A stretch of 64,000 bases of DNA from Marsupella aquatica (Eukaryota > Plantae > Marchantiophyta): positions 15,313,375-15,377,374 of the forward strand of contig OZ316897.1 of the NCBI GenBank assembly GCA_973895155.1, read 5' to 3'. This document shows, piece by piece, positions 1 through 13,100 of this stretch. Within the stretch, counting starts at the first letter, position 1. Each line of letters opens with the position of its first letter. Both the position numbers and the translations under genes were made by a program. The notes beneath the pieces were generated by a model. That model was not told where the DNA came from. It worked only from the letters and a program-made list of their open reading frames with translations, and did no database searches.

Positions 1-1430
1 TTTTTTTTGGAATATTCCCACACAGTACAACAAGGCTCACAGGGGGCTGTTCCCCCTATCAAAGCGGTTGAAACAGAGGGTCACAGGGCCCGGGATGCGG
101 CACAACCAATGAGGAGGAGGAGAGAAAAAAATGAGAAAAAAAGCACTTTAAAGGGGTCTTAAAGCCCCTGGAAAAAATGCGCTTATGCGCACAAATTTGC
201 GGCCAGAAACACGTATAAACACCAAAAAACGGGGTTAAAACATATTTTCGCGTATTTGGGCCATATAAGGGCATTTTTGGCTGTATTCGCGCCAAAAATG
301 CATGTTTTCGCACTTAAAGGGGTGTGGGGGGCCGGGGCATATGGCGAAGCTGGTTTGTCGGGGTGTGAAGGTATGCGGGCCGTATGGGGGCAAAAAAATG
401 CCCTAAACTAACCTAAAAATGTGCCAAAAAATGACACAAATGTCGTGTTACAAACCTCAGTCGCCTCCACTTTGGTTTCCAATGAGAAAAGTGATGACCA
501 TTGACATGAAAATGTTGTCGAATTGCATTGGCAAGTCTGCAGCTCCACCAGAGAAGAAAACCTCCGCAGCGTCACACTCTCTCCGCGTCAAGAGCCAATC
601 CCGGACTCAAAATGATTGCCTCACCACGATCTCTCCGTTGAGCCTCAGCACTTCAAGTTTCCTCCATCGAGTTGAACGCAACGACGAGAAACCTAGTTTA
701 GGCAAAAACAAACTCCATAGCTTGCCAAAAAACCAGAAAACGACTTTCACTCGTCATGAATCACTTGGTCCACGTTCAGGAGCAAATCAACTACCGAAAC
801 GATCAGCTCGTCTCAATCTACAAGCGGAGCAACACCATGCGATACCTCGTGCACCAGAAAGCTCACACCAACGAGAAAATGAACTCTGGTCCCAACACCA
901 AAAAACCGTCGAACACGAAACTCCACAAAAAAAATGATTTTTGCGATTACTTCTCATTCAGAAATATCATCGATGATTTCTAACCGCCGTTAAAAAGCCC
1001 TCACAATGATCTATCCGATGAGTCCCCCTCAAACAAGTTTCATGTGACTAAACCCCCCCGGGATCTTCAGACCGTCGATTACACAAGAAAACTCTTGTCA
1101 CCACGATGTCACCTCCCAGGCATGCTCTGATACCACTTGTTGGGGATAATCTCTATCCCGGGACACCATGCACATGTGAACACCATACAAAGTAGTCGAC
1201 AGAGCAAGTACATGGTTCACCTCATGACCGAGGCTACGTCCACGGGAAAGCAAGAGACCTTTACTTCTCTCTTGCCCAACTCCAACAATGAACTAAAGAT
1301 CCACCAGGGACTGGCACCAGCTGTGGCTAAATACACAACAACACTACCACTAACCTTAGCTAAGTCCTAACCTGAGTTAGCCTAACTGTGGTTAGCTCAA
1401 GAGTCACAAAACTAATAGCAATACATAACA
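1..1430 (-). mobile_element. 5' part of an LTR retrotransposon (probably Ty1/copia): 5' LTR 1138-1430, PBS, long non-coding leader running off the window start
   Basis: LTR bounded by TG/CA (tgtt at 1138, aaca at 1430). GCTCTGATACCA at 1124-1135 is the reverse complement of the tRNA-iMet PBS TGGTATCAGAGC, 2 nt from the LTR. Both leader and LTR are homologous to the element at 61967-64000. The GTGGAC.TAG..N..GAACCA motif in the LTR is typical of copia LTRs (superfamily is an inference). Confidence 0.9.
1124..1135 (-). promoter_or_regulatory. Primer-binding site complementary to the 3' end of initiator tRNA-Met
   Basis: The minus strand reads ...AACA-AG-TGGTATCAGAGC. Confidence 0.93.
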
Positions 1431-1449
1431 GATATATGGGTAAGTGGTT

Positions 1450-1835
1450 GTAGTGCACACTACACTGTTCATCGTAATTAGTGTGACTAACACTAATTTG
1501 AGAGCGCCCATTTTCAGGGTCTACTCGCGAATTAGTGTTAGTCACACTAATTTTATGCTAACACTATTTTCGCGCACATGAATTAATGTTATTATGGTCT
1601 TAAAAGTGTCAATATAGAGTAAAAAAAACTATTTTGATAAATTCACAACAATTAATGTTACTTTGGACTAAAGATTAGCCATTTTTTACAAGCAATTTAT
1701 ACTAAAGTGAACAAAATCTGTTTTGGAAACCAACAAAAATTAATGTTACTTGGGCTCAAAATCATTTTTATCAAAAAGTAACACTAATTATATACTAACA
1801 TTAATTCTTGCATAACACTAATTTGTGTAGATACT
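1450..1835. repeat. AT-rich repeat with palindromic ACACTAATT/AATTAGTGT subrepeats (DNA-transposon-like relic)
   Basis: aattagtgtgactaacactaatt and aattagtgttagtcacactaatt, plus many partial copies. Related motifs (tagtgca.acacta, tagtgttagtc) recur at ~54220-54380 and ~55110-55200. Confidence 0.55.
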
Positions 1836-2228
1836 TTTAGGGGAATGTGCAATTATAGAGGGGACGACTGTTCAACCTAAATTTACAGGACAGTCCCTAT
1901 GACTGCGACCTCCTTTGCGTATCTTTCCTAAATCAGTAAATCTGGTAAATATGGCCATCAGTCATCAGTGCATCACCTTATAAAGGTACTGTAACGAACG
2001 ACCTTTTCCCTGTCAAAGTTTTGAAGTAATCGGATCCCTCCATCTCAGAAACTAACGGTCACGATTATGGCGTACACTCTTTGGCCTCGTTACGCGAGGG
2101 CAAGACGGGCAGTCGGGTTCTGCAGACGGAGGTACGTACTTCACTTGAGGTACGCACTTTACGGGGAACGGACATCTCTGGAAGCTTAGAATCAATCTCT
2201 GCCCTCCATCTTTCAAGTGAGCGGTTCT

Positions 2229-2344
2229 GTTGCAACATTTTCAGACACAGCGAACTGGGATTGGAGGTACGTCCTTTACTTGCAGTGTTGCAACATTTTC
2301 AGACACAGCGAACTGGGATTGGAGGTACGTACTTTACTTGCAGG
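2229..2344. repeat. 58-bp tandem duplication
   Basis: gttgcaacattttcagacacagcgaactgggattggaggtacgt(c/a)ctttacttgcag occurs twice. Confidence 0.9.
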
Positions 2345-5197
2345 TCCGTGAATCTGCTACTGATACAGAACTGTGCTTTCTTACGGGACGCCGGACCTGA
2401 GGTGGGACCCACTAGAGGTAAACTGGCAGAGAGAATAACAGTGTCAGGTCGAGGATACGGTGATCTCCTTACAAGAGCAGACTTGTCAGGATGTCTCATG
2501 ACTTGGGCGCAGTGCTGCATCGTACAGAAGCATCGCCTTCGGACAAGAGCGTAGGAGTTCTTATTAGCTATTGAAAATTTTAGTCTCGAGATCATACGTT
2601 TAGATACTGTTATTTTGGGATTTCTTAGCAAGGGTGAGTGAATTGGGTTTAGGGCTTCTAGGCAGACCCCCTTGCTTGACACTCCCATGCAATACACCCG
2701 TGAACTCTACCAAGCTCTGCTTTTGAACTGTTAGCTTTTGTAATGGGTTTTTTGTTTGGTCCCTTAGCCTTTTTGGCTTTTTGTTGCCTCCCCTTTAGGA
2801 TCATGTCTCCTAGTTGCGCTGTCTTTTGTTTTTTGACATATGGAGAGATATGAAACATAGATTTGCAATCTCCAGGTTTTGCACTTATCAAGTGTGCATT
2901 CAGGCTGAGGTGACTGTATCTAGTTAGAGCATCAATGCCATACCAAACCCGTTTGGATAAGTGTAAGTACACAATTCTTACATAGCGTAAATGTTGCGAG
3001 CAGTTATGAGATAGTACAGAGGGGTTTAGGGCTGAGATGTAGGAATTGGATGGCATGAGAATCCTGCCCTCCTTTAAATGTTTCCTTTATAAATTGCATC
3101 CATGTTTGTCTAGCAAAGAGTTGTCACCCTTATCCTTTATATATACACACTGCCAAAAAGCAAAACGCATCGTCTACGAGACACTACCCAGCTGGAGATC
3201 CAATAGAGGGAATAAAACAACAGAAAAATCCAGGGAGACCAAAATTTCCTTTATTCTCCTTTGTTTGCTCTAGTTGTATCTCATCTTGAATTATTATCCA
3301 AGACAGACCTTTCTTCCCCTCAGCAACAACTGAAATATTAACCTCATACAAATAAGATTTTCAGTTGGTCTATTCGAGGTGGGGGGGGGGCCCATTTGCT
3401 CTTTATCAAATGTGGTGGTCCTACTTGGGGGTTCAGGCTGGTGTACTCAAGACTGGTCGCTCTTGGAGGAGGGACGACCCCTGCTTATTGACCCGCTATC
3501 AAATGTGGTGGTCCATTTGGGCGTCTATCCTGGGGTTCCGACTAGGTGTACCCAAGGCAAGATTCCTCTCTCTTGGGTACACCTTTATTGAGTATCTTGC
3601 CTTTGGGATAAATTCCACCCTCTTGGGTACACCTTTTTTTTTATTTATTTTTTATAAACACGAGCGCACTTTATTGAGAACAAACCCGTCTGAGGGGAGG
3701 AGACAGGAGAAAGGAACAAGGAACAAATAAGGGTTGCTGAAAGAGGGAGCACACCCAGAGAACGAAGGCGAGACCACCCCAAACCGGCCGCCTAAGGGGA
3801 GGAGGCGGGCCATAGAGGAGAGGAGGGACCCAGAAAGCCAAACATAAGCCGAACCAACCAAGACCTGAATATGAAAAAGGAGCATCCAAAACAGCCAACC
3901 TAGCCAGAACCACCAAAGCCCCAAGAGGCCCCCCGCTGAACTCCATCTGTCCTGGGCTGCCTTCGATGGCTATAGTCAACCACCACTTCCCCAGCTGCAT
4001 CGAGGCCAGACCACTCCCTGAGATCACCACGCCCTCCATACGAGAGTCCACCTCAATCTCCGGACATTCCCTGGATCACCAAGAAGAGAGCCTTGATGAT
4101 TTCACCTTATTGTGCCCTGGCTATGTCCAGCGCGGGTACCCGAGGTTATGTCTCGAGATCCCGAAGCATAGCCCGGGGCAGAAACTAGCAGACCAAAGAT
4201 TCCATCGTGCCTGATCTCCATTTTTATACCAATTTATGATCCTAGAACTTGAGTGTAGAACACCTCCCAAGGAAAGCAGCCATAGCTGATGCGACGGAGA
4301 AAAGAGATAGGCAACCAGTCCAGATGCCAATTAGCGACTTTAACTTGGCATTTAAACCTCCCACTCACCAATCATGGGCTCCATATGTAACAGCCAGCAG
4401 CCAGCCCAGTGGAGAGTGACAGAGAGAGCAGGGGACACACCTACAGCGCCAAGGTTAGAATCCAGCCGATTACCATGAGAGAAGCTCCCCAAGATATCCG
4501 AGAATCCTGGGAATGGGACGGAACAAATGGCAGCTATCACTAGAATTGTTAGCTGAGAGCCTACAGATCCTACCTATCCAACAATGTAGTACCATGAGTA
4601 GCCTACCTATCTGTCTTTGTCTAAGTCTGTCTGATTGCTACATTTGCAGCGGAAAAAAGTCTGTGCTTCTGAAAAGAGATAGATATGAAACCAGACTCAA
4701 ATAGTCCGATGAGAATCTAGTTCTGAGAGAGCGGTGGTAAAAAATGTCAATACTGGCCGCCAGTCATGGTGAACCAGGATCCCAGGACAGGGGGGGGGGC
4801 GGCAAAAAAGCCAGATGGCGGGACAGAGGAATAAGTCTCCAAAAGGTGAGAAACCAAGCTACCATCTCCAATGGCGAGCGCCGGATGAGAGAGCCCCACA
4901 AAGCAGCGAGAAGAAGCCATAAGGGACAACAAGGGAAAGACCCACCAACCATTGGTACTTGTGGGGGGAGGAAGAGAGCAGCAAGGAGATCAATGGAACG
5001 AGGGATGTACTGTGCCATATGGTGATGGGAGGAACAGACACTAGATGAGGATCGGAACTAGCCCATGATAGAACTGAAGGGATGGGGTAATCCCAGAATA
5101 GGAGAAGAAGAGAACGTAACGGGAAGAAAGGAGGCTCTAGAACATATATTAATATAATAAGAAGTGAGCCGTGGGGAAAAGTATCCCAAACAGAAAG

Positions 5198-8100
5198 TCA
5201 ACGAGGACAACGAGAGGTCAGAGGACCAGAGATATACTTCTCAGCATAGTATAGACGATTTTTCTTTTTTTCTGAGTCTGAACAAAGAGCCACCGAACAA
5301 AGATGTTGAACGACAGATGATGCGGCCAGAAAGGGGGAGAAGGCTACAGTTTGGCTCTGAAACAACCGAGAGTTTCTATTTTTCCATAGGAGCCACACGG
5401 TTTCATAGATAACAAAAATACGAGCAGAGAGCCGTGGGGTACGACCAAGGGCAAGGTCCAATGTGCTTGTGAAAGAATGTCCCCCTGGAAGAAGGGAGAG
5501 AGACGGCACCCGCTCATAGAACCAGGCAGTCCGGTTCCAAGCACAAATAGCTTGCCTGCAGGAGAAGAAAATATGAGGATTATCCTCCACCCGATCCGGG
5601 CAGGATGGACATGTCCCATCTCCATGTCCACACTGCTTAGCTCGTTTTCCTGAAAATAATCCTGCAGCCAGGACCCGCCATAAAAAGATTTTACCACGAT
5701 TAGACAGATCTGATCGCCAGATCCTCCTCCACCTGCGCCCCCATTCTCCTGCGGAGTCTGACGTCCCCCATCGATTGTTAAGAGAGCCGATGTCTCCCCC
5801 AGCCTGGTGTAGGAAATTATAAGCTTGCATGCTGCCGAGGAAATGAGGTCTGCGATGATTTTGAAGGCCACACCAAAACCATTGGGATCCGGCGAAGGAA
5901 GAAGAAATGGAAGGTGGAGGGCCGCTATGAATAGACAATATGATCCTAGATAGAGTGTCTAACTCTATGACCCCAAACCCCCGCAGCCTGGAGAGACGAG
6001 GCAAAAAGTCCACCCAACAGCCCGGATCCTGCATCCAGAGGTCAGAGACATACCGAATATTTAGACGATAACAGGCGATGATAATCCTAGGAACCAAAGA
6101 GATAGGAAAGTCTAAGGAGGTGAAAAATTTAGGAAGAAAGTCCTCAATCCTCCATCTTGCCGGAATGGCTTGTGAGCCTGACTGCCAGTGCAAGTTGATC
6201 CTGATCTTATTCCATGCCCTCCATATACCTGCCGTGTATACCATACCTCGAAAGCTGGACGGGGAGGAGAATAGGAACCGATCCATGGTGGTGTACCCTG
6301 CTTGGCGAAGCAACACCGTCTTTTTCCATGCTGTCAGGCGGAGATTGGCCGAGAATAATATCGCCCAGTCTGAATCCTGGTCTGATATCATCCAAATGGC
6401 CCATCTGGCCAGCAATGCCGTGGCCTGAAGATTTATGTCCTTGAACCCGAGGCCCCCATTTTGTTTACTGGCGCACATCCGGTCCCAGGAAACCAATGGT
6501 GTTTTCCTGGCTCCCTCTTTGTTATAACCCCATAGAAAATTCTTACACGTCCGTTGAATCATGTCTGTAAAACTCACTGCGAAGTTAGTATACATCATAT
6601 GGAATACTGTCATGGATAACAAGACCTGTTTTACCAACAGGACACGACCCGTGAATGAGAAGCTTTTGTTCGACCAAGAAGCGAGTCTTTTGTTCAATTT
6701 TTTCAGGCAATATTCATGTAGTTGGGTCTTGGATAGATATGTCCAATCGGGGCACCCAAGTAGCTGGATATATGGCCCATAGGAACGATTACACATTTGG
6801 TATCTAATAACCATTGCGGAGGAGTGTCTATGCATAAAATGAGGACCTCGGTCTTCTCCAGATTTAGGCGTGCCCCTGCTGCATGCTCATATAAGTCCAT
6901 CGTTCCACATATATCCAAGAAGCTAGATTCCTTAGCAGGGGTGATAACTCCTAGATTGTCTGCAAAGAATCTATGAAACAGAGTGAGTTTGTTATTTATT
7001 TTAATGCCCTGCAGTTCATTAGCCTGTAGAGCTGCGTCAAAGACGTCCATGAGAGGCTGTGTCGATAATGCATAGATGAGAGGGGCGAGGGGACATCCTT
7101 GACGGACTCCCCGCATGAGAGGAATGGGTTCCGTGAATAACCCATTGACATGAACCTTAGCAGTTGCTTGCATCATTAGACCCATGATATTCCTAGTAAG
7201 CGATTGGCTCAGGCCTAATGTGCTAAGAGTCTCCCTGATGTAACGGTGGTCTACGCGGTCAAATGCTTTTGAAAAATCCATTTTTATGAATAGAGCAGGC
7301 ACGTTATTTGTTGAGATCCAGTCTATCGCCAACCATGCCAAAGAAACGTTATCAAGAATCTGACGCCCAGGAACAAACCCTGTTTGTTGAGGGTTTACCA
7401 TCTTTGGCAGAACTCTCCCGAGCCTGATAGCAATCAGCTTTGCTATGATTTTATATGCTATATTCAGAAGAGTGATTGGCCTCCAATCCGTCAATCTTGT
7501 TTTATCAGTTGATTTTGGGACCAGCTTTATTACTCCCTCTATAAATCCTGGTAGCATGATACTGTCTGCCCAGAAAGATAAGATCATGCCGGTAAAGGCT
7601 GGTGCAATGAATCCCCAACACCCCAAAAAGACCTCTATTGTAAGGCCGTCTAGGCCTGGGGCTTTATTTTTCTTCATCTTTTTGGCTGCTGAAAAGAGTT
7701 CATCCATAGAAGGGGCTGCATCTAACTGATTGGATTCTGCTTGAGAGATTCGTTTGGAGGAGAACCGAAGCATTTTCCTTCTAGCTTGTACATTGAGCTG
7801 AGTTTCCGGGGCATCCGGGGAATAGAGTGAACGGTAGAAGTTTCCAACTTCTATGAGGACCAGATCCTTGTCGTGAGATAATGTGCCATCCGAGAGACGA
7901 AGGCAAGGAATCCTGGCTCGCTGCTGCTGGATCCTAACAATATTAAAAAATAATTTAGTAGAGGCATCCCCAAGCCCCAGCCACCGAATCCTTGATTTCT
8001 TACGAAGCTCAATAGCCTCTCGGAACTCAGAATCTCTAAGAGCAACCTCCGCCTCTCGCAACTCAGTGAGGTTGTTTCCAGTTAGGCAGCCACCAGCGAA

Positions 8101-9099
8101 GGAGCGCAGCGATAATATTTTTGCGCGAAGATCCTCTATTGTTATTTGTTTACTTGTTTTTTTAGATTGAATTTCCATGAATTCACGACGGAACCGCTTG
8201 CAAGCTAGATAGAAAGCTATCTTTGGATCTGTAGTGTCTGATGAGTGATTATACCATGCACGTTCCAGTAGATCCATATTGTATGCGCTTCTGATGACCC
8301 ATGAGTTGGCTTTGAAATATGAGGACCTGTGAGCCGAGTGATTTGCATCCATTTGAGGCGTTATAATACATGAGAGAGAGACTGGGCAATGGTCGGACAT
8401 GGGGCGATCATGATGGTGGGAAATGGATATAACCTGATCCAACCATGATCCACGATTACTCAAATAGAACCTGTCAAGCCGGGATTGGAATATCCCAAGA
8501 AGAGTGCCTCTCCTCCACGTGTAGCGGGAGCCATAGACGGAGCGAGCAAGTTTATAGGTATCGTGAAGGTCAAAACGACACCTAAACTCACACCAGGCTG
8601 CTAATTCAGCACCGGAGAGCAAAGAAGAGTGGCCAGCAATTGAGTCTATTTCTTTTTCTGTCATGTTAAAATCTCCAGAAATAACCCAGTTCCCGACCGG
8701 AAGAGTGAGCAATAAGTATTCCCAAAGCTGGGTTCTTACAGCAGAGACGTTAGAAGCATATAGACCCACTATACCAAAGCAACCTTTATCGCTTTCAATA
8801 GTGGCCCATATGGCACTACTGACTGGTGAGATGCCAAAATTTGTGACCTGGAAGGAAGGGTGGATTAGCATAGCAGCCCCTCCCCTCCCACCAACCGGGT
8901 GAGCGATAAGAGTTTTATATCCAGGAAGAATAAGGGAAAGAGCAGAGATGAGACGGAAATCGTTAGCTTTTATTTCGAGAAGAGTTAGAATGTGTATAGA
9001 GTTACGCATATCTTTAATCCATTTTCGTACTATATATTTTCTATTTGGATCACAGAGGCCGGAGACATTCCATATCGCGATGTTCAAGAGATCATCCAT
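5198..9099 (-). pseudogene. LINE ORF2 (APE endonuclease - reverse transcriptase - zf-RVT/Cys-rich), disrupted
   Basis: EN motifs IWNVSGL, GDFN, SRLDRFY, SDHCPV. RT motifs KAPGLDG, WRPITLLN, QTGFVPGR, DFSKAFD, GVRQGCPLAP, YLGAPIG. C-terminal CPSC..ED..HIFFSC. There is a 1-nt frameshift at ~6741 joining ORFs 6703-9099 and 5198-6835, and the catalytic (Y/F)ADD reads FADN (~6955). Confidence 0.95.
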
Positions 9100-9110
9100 A
9101 ATTCAAGCAC

Positions 9111-9540
9111 TTAAAAACAGTAGGGAGCAGTATTACCTGAACCTACTTCCTGATTATTTGTTGTTGTGTCAGATATGGTTTCGTACTCCGAGCTTGAAGA
9201 GTTGCTGTCTCGCCCCGTTTCTTCTTCCATTGACGTAGACTCGTTATTGGAGGTGTAGCCCCCTGAAGAATCCCCCAGGATCTGATTGTAGAGAAGCGTT
9301 GTGTAAGCTGTTGCTGATGATCTTATAACTGCTGAGGAGAACAATGGGCCGAGATGCTGTTTCTTCTTGATGATTTTATTCCTTGATGGCCGTGCTAGAC
9401 GGTGGTGCAACCTTCCGGTTTGTGTAGTTTCTGAGGAGGGTGACGCTATATTCGAACTCCTCCGAGTGAGGGTGTTCACACTAACCGCAGGAAGGACTAC
9501 ATCTGTGGAGCGCGAGATCCTAGCTCCTACGTCTGCTTCA
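9111..9540 (-). pseudogene. C-terminal fragment of LINE ORF1 (5'-truncated)
   Basis: An open frame ends 11 nt before the ORF2 ATG and is cut at the TSD. Its Ser/Thr/basic low-complexity content is typical of ORF1 tails. Confidence 0.7.
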
Positions 9541-10148
9541 GGTACACCTTTATTGAGTAGCTTGCCTTTGGGATCCTGCCAGATTTGGGTATCTTGCCTT
9601 TAGGAATCTGTCTCCAGGTTTAATGGAGAAGGGATGACCCTTGCTTGTTGATATATAGCTGTTGAATTTTATAATTAAAAAAGATGGCATTTACAAATGC
9701 ATAATGTGTGGGACTGCCGTTGTTTTGCTTTAGATTTTTGTTTGTTTTTCCTTCAGTGTTTAGAGTGTGACAGCCCCATCAGTTATCTTTATCAGGTATG
9801 ACTTGTTCCTTCACCTAATCTTGGAAGATTAGGTACATTAGGGTTTTCTTAAATCCAACTTTGAGCATTAAAAAAGACATGGTTTTTAAGGAATATTCCA
9901 CAAAAGATAGGGGTAAAAGTTTAATTATTTATTTATATATTGTGGGGTGTCTGTCACATAGAAATTGAGTGATATGCAACCCCCTTGAAGTGAGGCCCCT
10001 GAGTGGCCATCTCAATTAATATTTTTCTCGACAACACTCCCCCTCTACATCACTTAGTATTGATGATATGAAGCAACCCACTGGCATTCTATTAGTAGTT
10101 AATATTACAAAGGCGAGTACCATAAGGTACATTAGCTTGAGTCTTGCA

Positions 10149-13100
10149 CTAACTTACAAAACTTGAATTCTTGCTAGCTAACGATAATTGCACAATCATC
10201 ATGTCCAACTTTGGTTGCATGTCAGGGAGCTGATGTATTAAGATTTGCACTACCCTCGCTAATGTTTGGCATTTCTTTTGGGACTCAGAAAGCTCTTCTG
10301 AGATTGGCCCTTTCACTTGCACTTTCCATTTGTTGCTTTTTACATCCTCATATCTCCTACACATCCTTTGTCGTAAAGTTGTGGCCATCAATTCTGTTGT
10401 TTTGTGATGACTTGTGTCCCTCAACTGGATCCTGCATCCCACAAAAATCAAAATTATAGGTGGGTGTCATATAAATTAAGTTCACAATAAGATCTGGATC
10501 AAATTTGATTTAATTAGGAGAGTGTTAGAAGTGCTCAATGTCATCTTTGTCATGAAACAGATGGACAGACTCTCTATTTGATGCATATTGAATCAGGAGG
10601 GGAATTTCAGATTGAAGAGAATAATCTCAATTTCAGAATATTCAAACAACTTCCTTTCTTGAGAAGTAAAAAAAGTGAAACTAAATTTGACAAACAAGAA
10701 TATGAAGCATACCTCAATCCTTCTTGTTGCTTCACAACCTCCTGGATTGCATTATCCATGCATTCTACTTTGCTTTCCAGGTTTTTCCTACTCTCCTCAA
10801 GGATATCTAAACGCTCTTCAATTGCTGCATAGGACTTGTCTATATCTCTTGTTGATCTTTTCAACTCGACACAAACCTTCAAAAGATTTGCCTCTATACT
10901 GGCTGGACCATCAAAGCCTTTTCTCATGCTCATTGCCTACAAGTTAGAAGGATGAATCAGTTGTTGAAATCCATGAATGGTGATGTTTGCTATGCATTGC
11001 AAGCAGTACACTTCTAGAACATTGGATCATGAGAACCTTTCAATATTCATTGCCTCACAGTTTATGTGGTCTAGACTCACAAGACTTGTGTCTGTATTGA
11101 CAAACTAATCCCCATGAGGTAATTTTTCAAACCACTACAATATTGTGATTGGCTCACCTTGACTTTTGTGTCAATCACCTTACGGTTGGCAACTTGATTC
11201 TCAAGACCTTGGCATAATTTGTCTCGAATGAATGCTAGGTTGTCATGTGTTAACTTCAATCTGTCACATTGTTTCTTCAATGCTGTAATCACTGCTCGTC
11301 CCACATTTGGATCTATAGCTGCCTGTTCAATTCCAAAAACTGTTCAATAAGACCTGGTTTTTTTATTGTCCACTTTTAAGCAGCAAAGTCAAAGAGAAAT
11401 ACAACTACAACTACGAACACAACACAATTGATGGCTAAGAGTTGAATAGTACTTTGCTCTTGAATATGGGGTTAGTTGCAAAAACACATTTTAACTCTTT
11501 GTCAATTTTAGAATACATGGGAGCAATCATCTGTGTCAAAAATATCCCTTGCATATGTAGCCACTGGAGTTTGAGATCTATACGCTACTAAGTAATTTAT
11601 GTACCCTTTTCTCCAATACACTAACTATGAAGGATGTGGTGTATTTTTGTTTACTTTCTAGTTTCTGAATCAAGTTTTTAATTCAAGAAAATACCAATCC
11701 AAAGGGAACTATAGCACCAAGATTCTAATACGCCCAACCACAGCATGCTCAATGAAATATCATATAGTCACAAATGACATGCAAATTGACTGCTTGACCA
11801 GTCACCTTGTTATAAATCCACTTCTGGCTATTTCAATTTGGATGAATACAATAGTCATATAATCTAAGATGTTATTATTGCACAGTAGTTATAGATAAGT
11901 CTATCCAAAGAACATCTATATTTTTTGCAAATATATCAACCCTTCCTTAATTAACTTGAAATAAATAGTATGATGGATGTATCGTGGGATCCATAAACCT
12001 GTATTACGAGCTATAACGGAAATATGCCCCTCTTATACACATCTAGTTAGTTGCCCATGATTTAATCTCAAAAGCATGCCCATCCAGTCTCTACTATTCT
12101 CAGGGTCAAGGAGGCCACTGGTTACACGAGCTAAGTAAGTTCATGCATATGTAATCTCAATGAACTCCCTCCTTAATCCATCAAAGAGAAACAGTAGTAT
12201 CCCTTATTAGAGCTCTTGTAAAACCTTCAACTATAAATAAGTTAAGGTCAGTATATCAATACCGAACAAAATTTGGAGTATACTTACTTGGGTTTTCAGT
12301 TCAAAAGAGATTTTGTACTTCCAAAGCATCACATGATGTTCGAGCTCATCAAAGTGTTTTATTGCATATTGTCTTTCACTCTTTGCTTGAGCCAATTGTT
12401 CTTCAAGGCTCACAAGATAGCGGCCCAACTCTTTGAGAGCTGCATAATTGGCTGACTGTAAATTTAAATTCTCCCTCTTCAGTAGATCCTCAAGTGTTGC
12501 ATTCTTTGCAATCATGTCATTAAGCCTACAAAATTACAGGATCACATGTTCAATGAATATCATTCATTGGCTGAACAAAGTTCAGTTTGAATGTACCTCC
12601 TTTGTAGTTTTAGGTGCTTTATGCAAAAGAATCCACACAACAGATTTGGATAAGGGCAATACTAAATTTTTCTCTACTACTACTACTAGTATGAAATAAT
12701 CTCTAACGCCTTTAAGTGTTGTAAGGCTCTGCTACTAGGCTTAAGCTTTCGTTGCATGGACAGTATGACCCACGTACATGGTTGTTACCGGGGCGTTACT
12801 AGAAACAGATGAGTGTCATTATCACAAGATTATATCAAAGCTAGTCTTCTCACAGCTCACCAAGTTTGCATGCATTATCTATTGTTCAAGTTCATAGGTT
12901 TATCAACAGTGAAATTGGGGTATCTCCAAATTTGTTGTGACAGCAACTTGGTTTGTGTGCTTTTTCCAGCTCTCAGGCAAGGAGGGAGTGGGTGCCCAGG
13001 ATGCCAGAAGAGCAGCTGTTGCTGATATCTTATTAGATCAAACAATCACTATGAACATAATCCCCTCAAGTTTGAGATTATTACCTTAAGATCACTCCTT

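Larger units (their letters stand above)
3637..9540 (-). mobile_element. 5'-truncated L1-clade LINE (~5.9 kb) with poly(A) tail and 11-bp TSD
   Basis: The TSD GGTACACCTTT is at 3626-3636 and 9541-9551. The poly(T)/TTTA run at ~3637-3655 is the A-tail on the minus strand. The element contains the 3' end of ORF1, ORF2 and a ~1.55 kb 3' UTR. The inferred nick TTT|A fits APE-endonuclease preference. Confidence 0.93.

Noticed and set aside
419-937. 172-aa ORF and other ORFs in the retrotransposon leaders (e.g. 63041-63583)
   Set aside because: They have no gag/pol motifs, are mostly antisense to the element, and the frames are not preserved between the two copies.
12860-13030. Possible extra CCDC40 exon
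   Set aside because: The flanking exons join without it in line with the CCDC40 sequence, and the minus frames I read contain stops.
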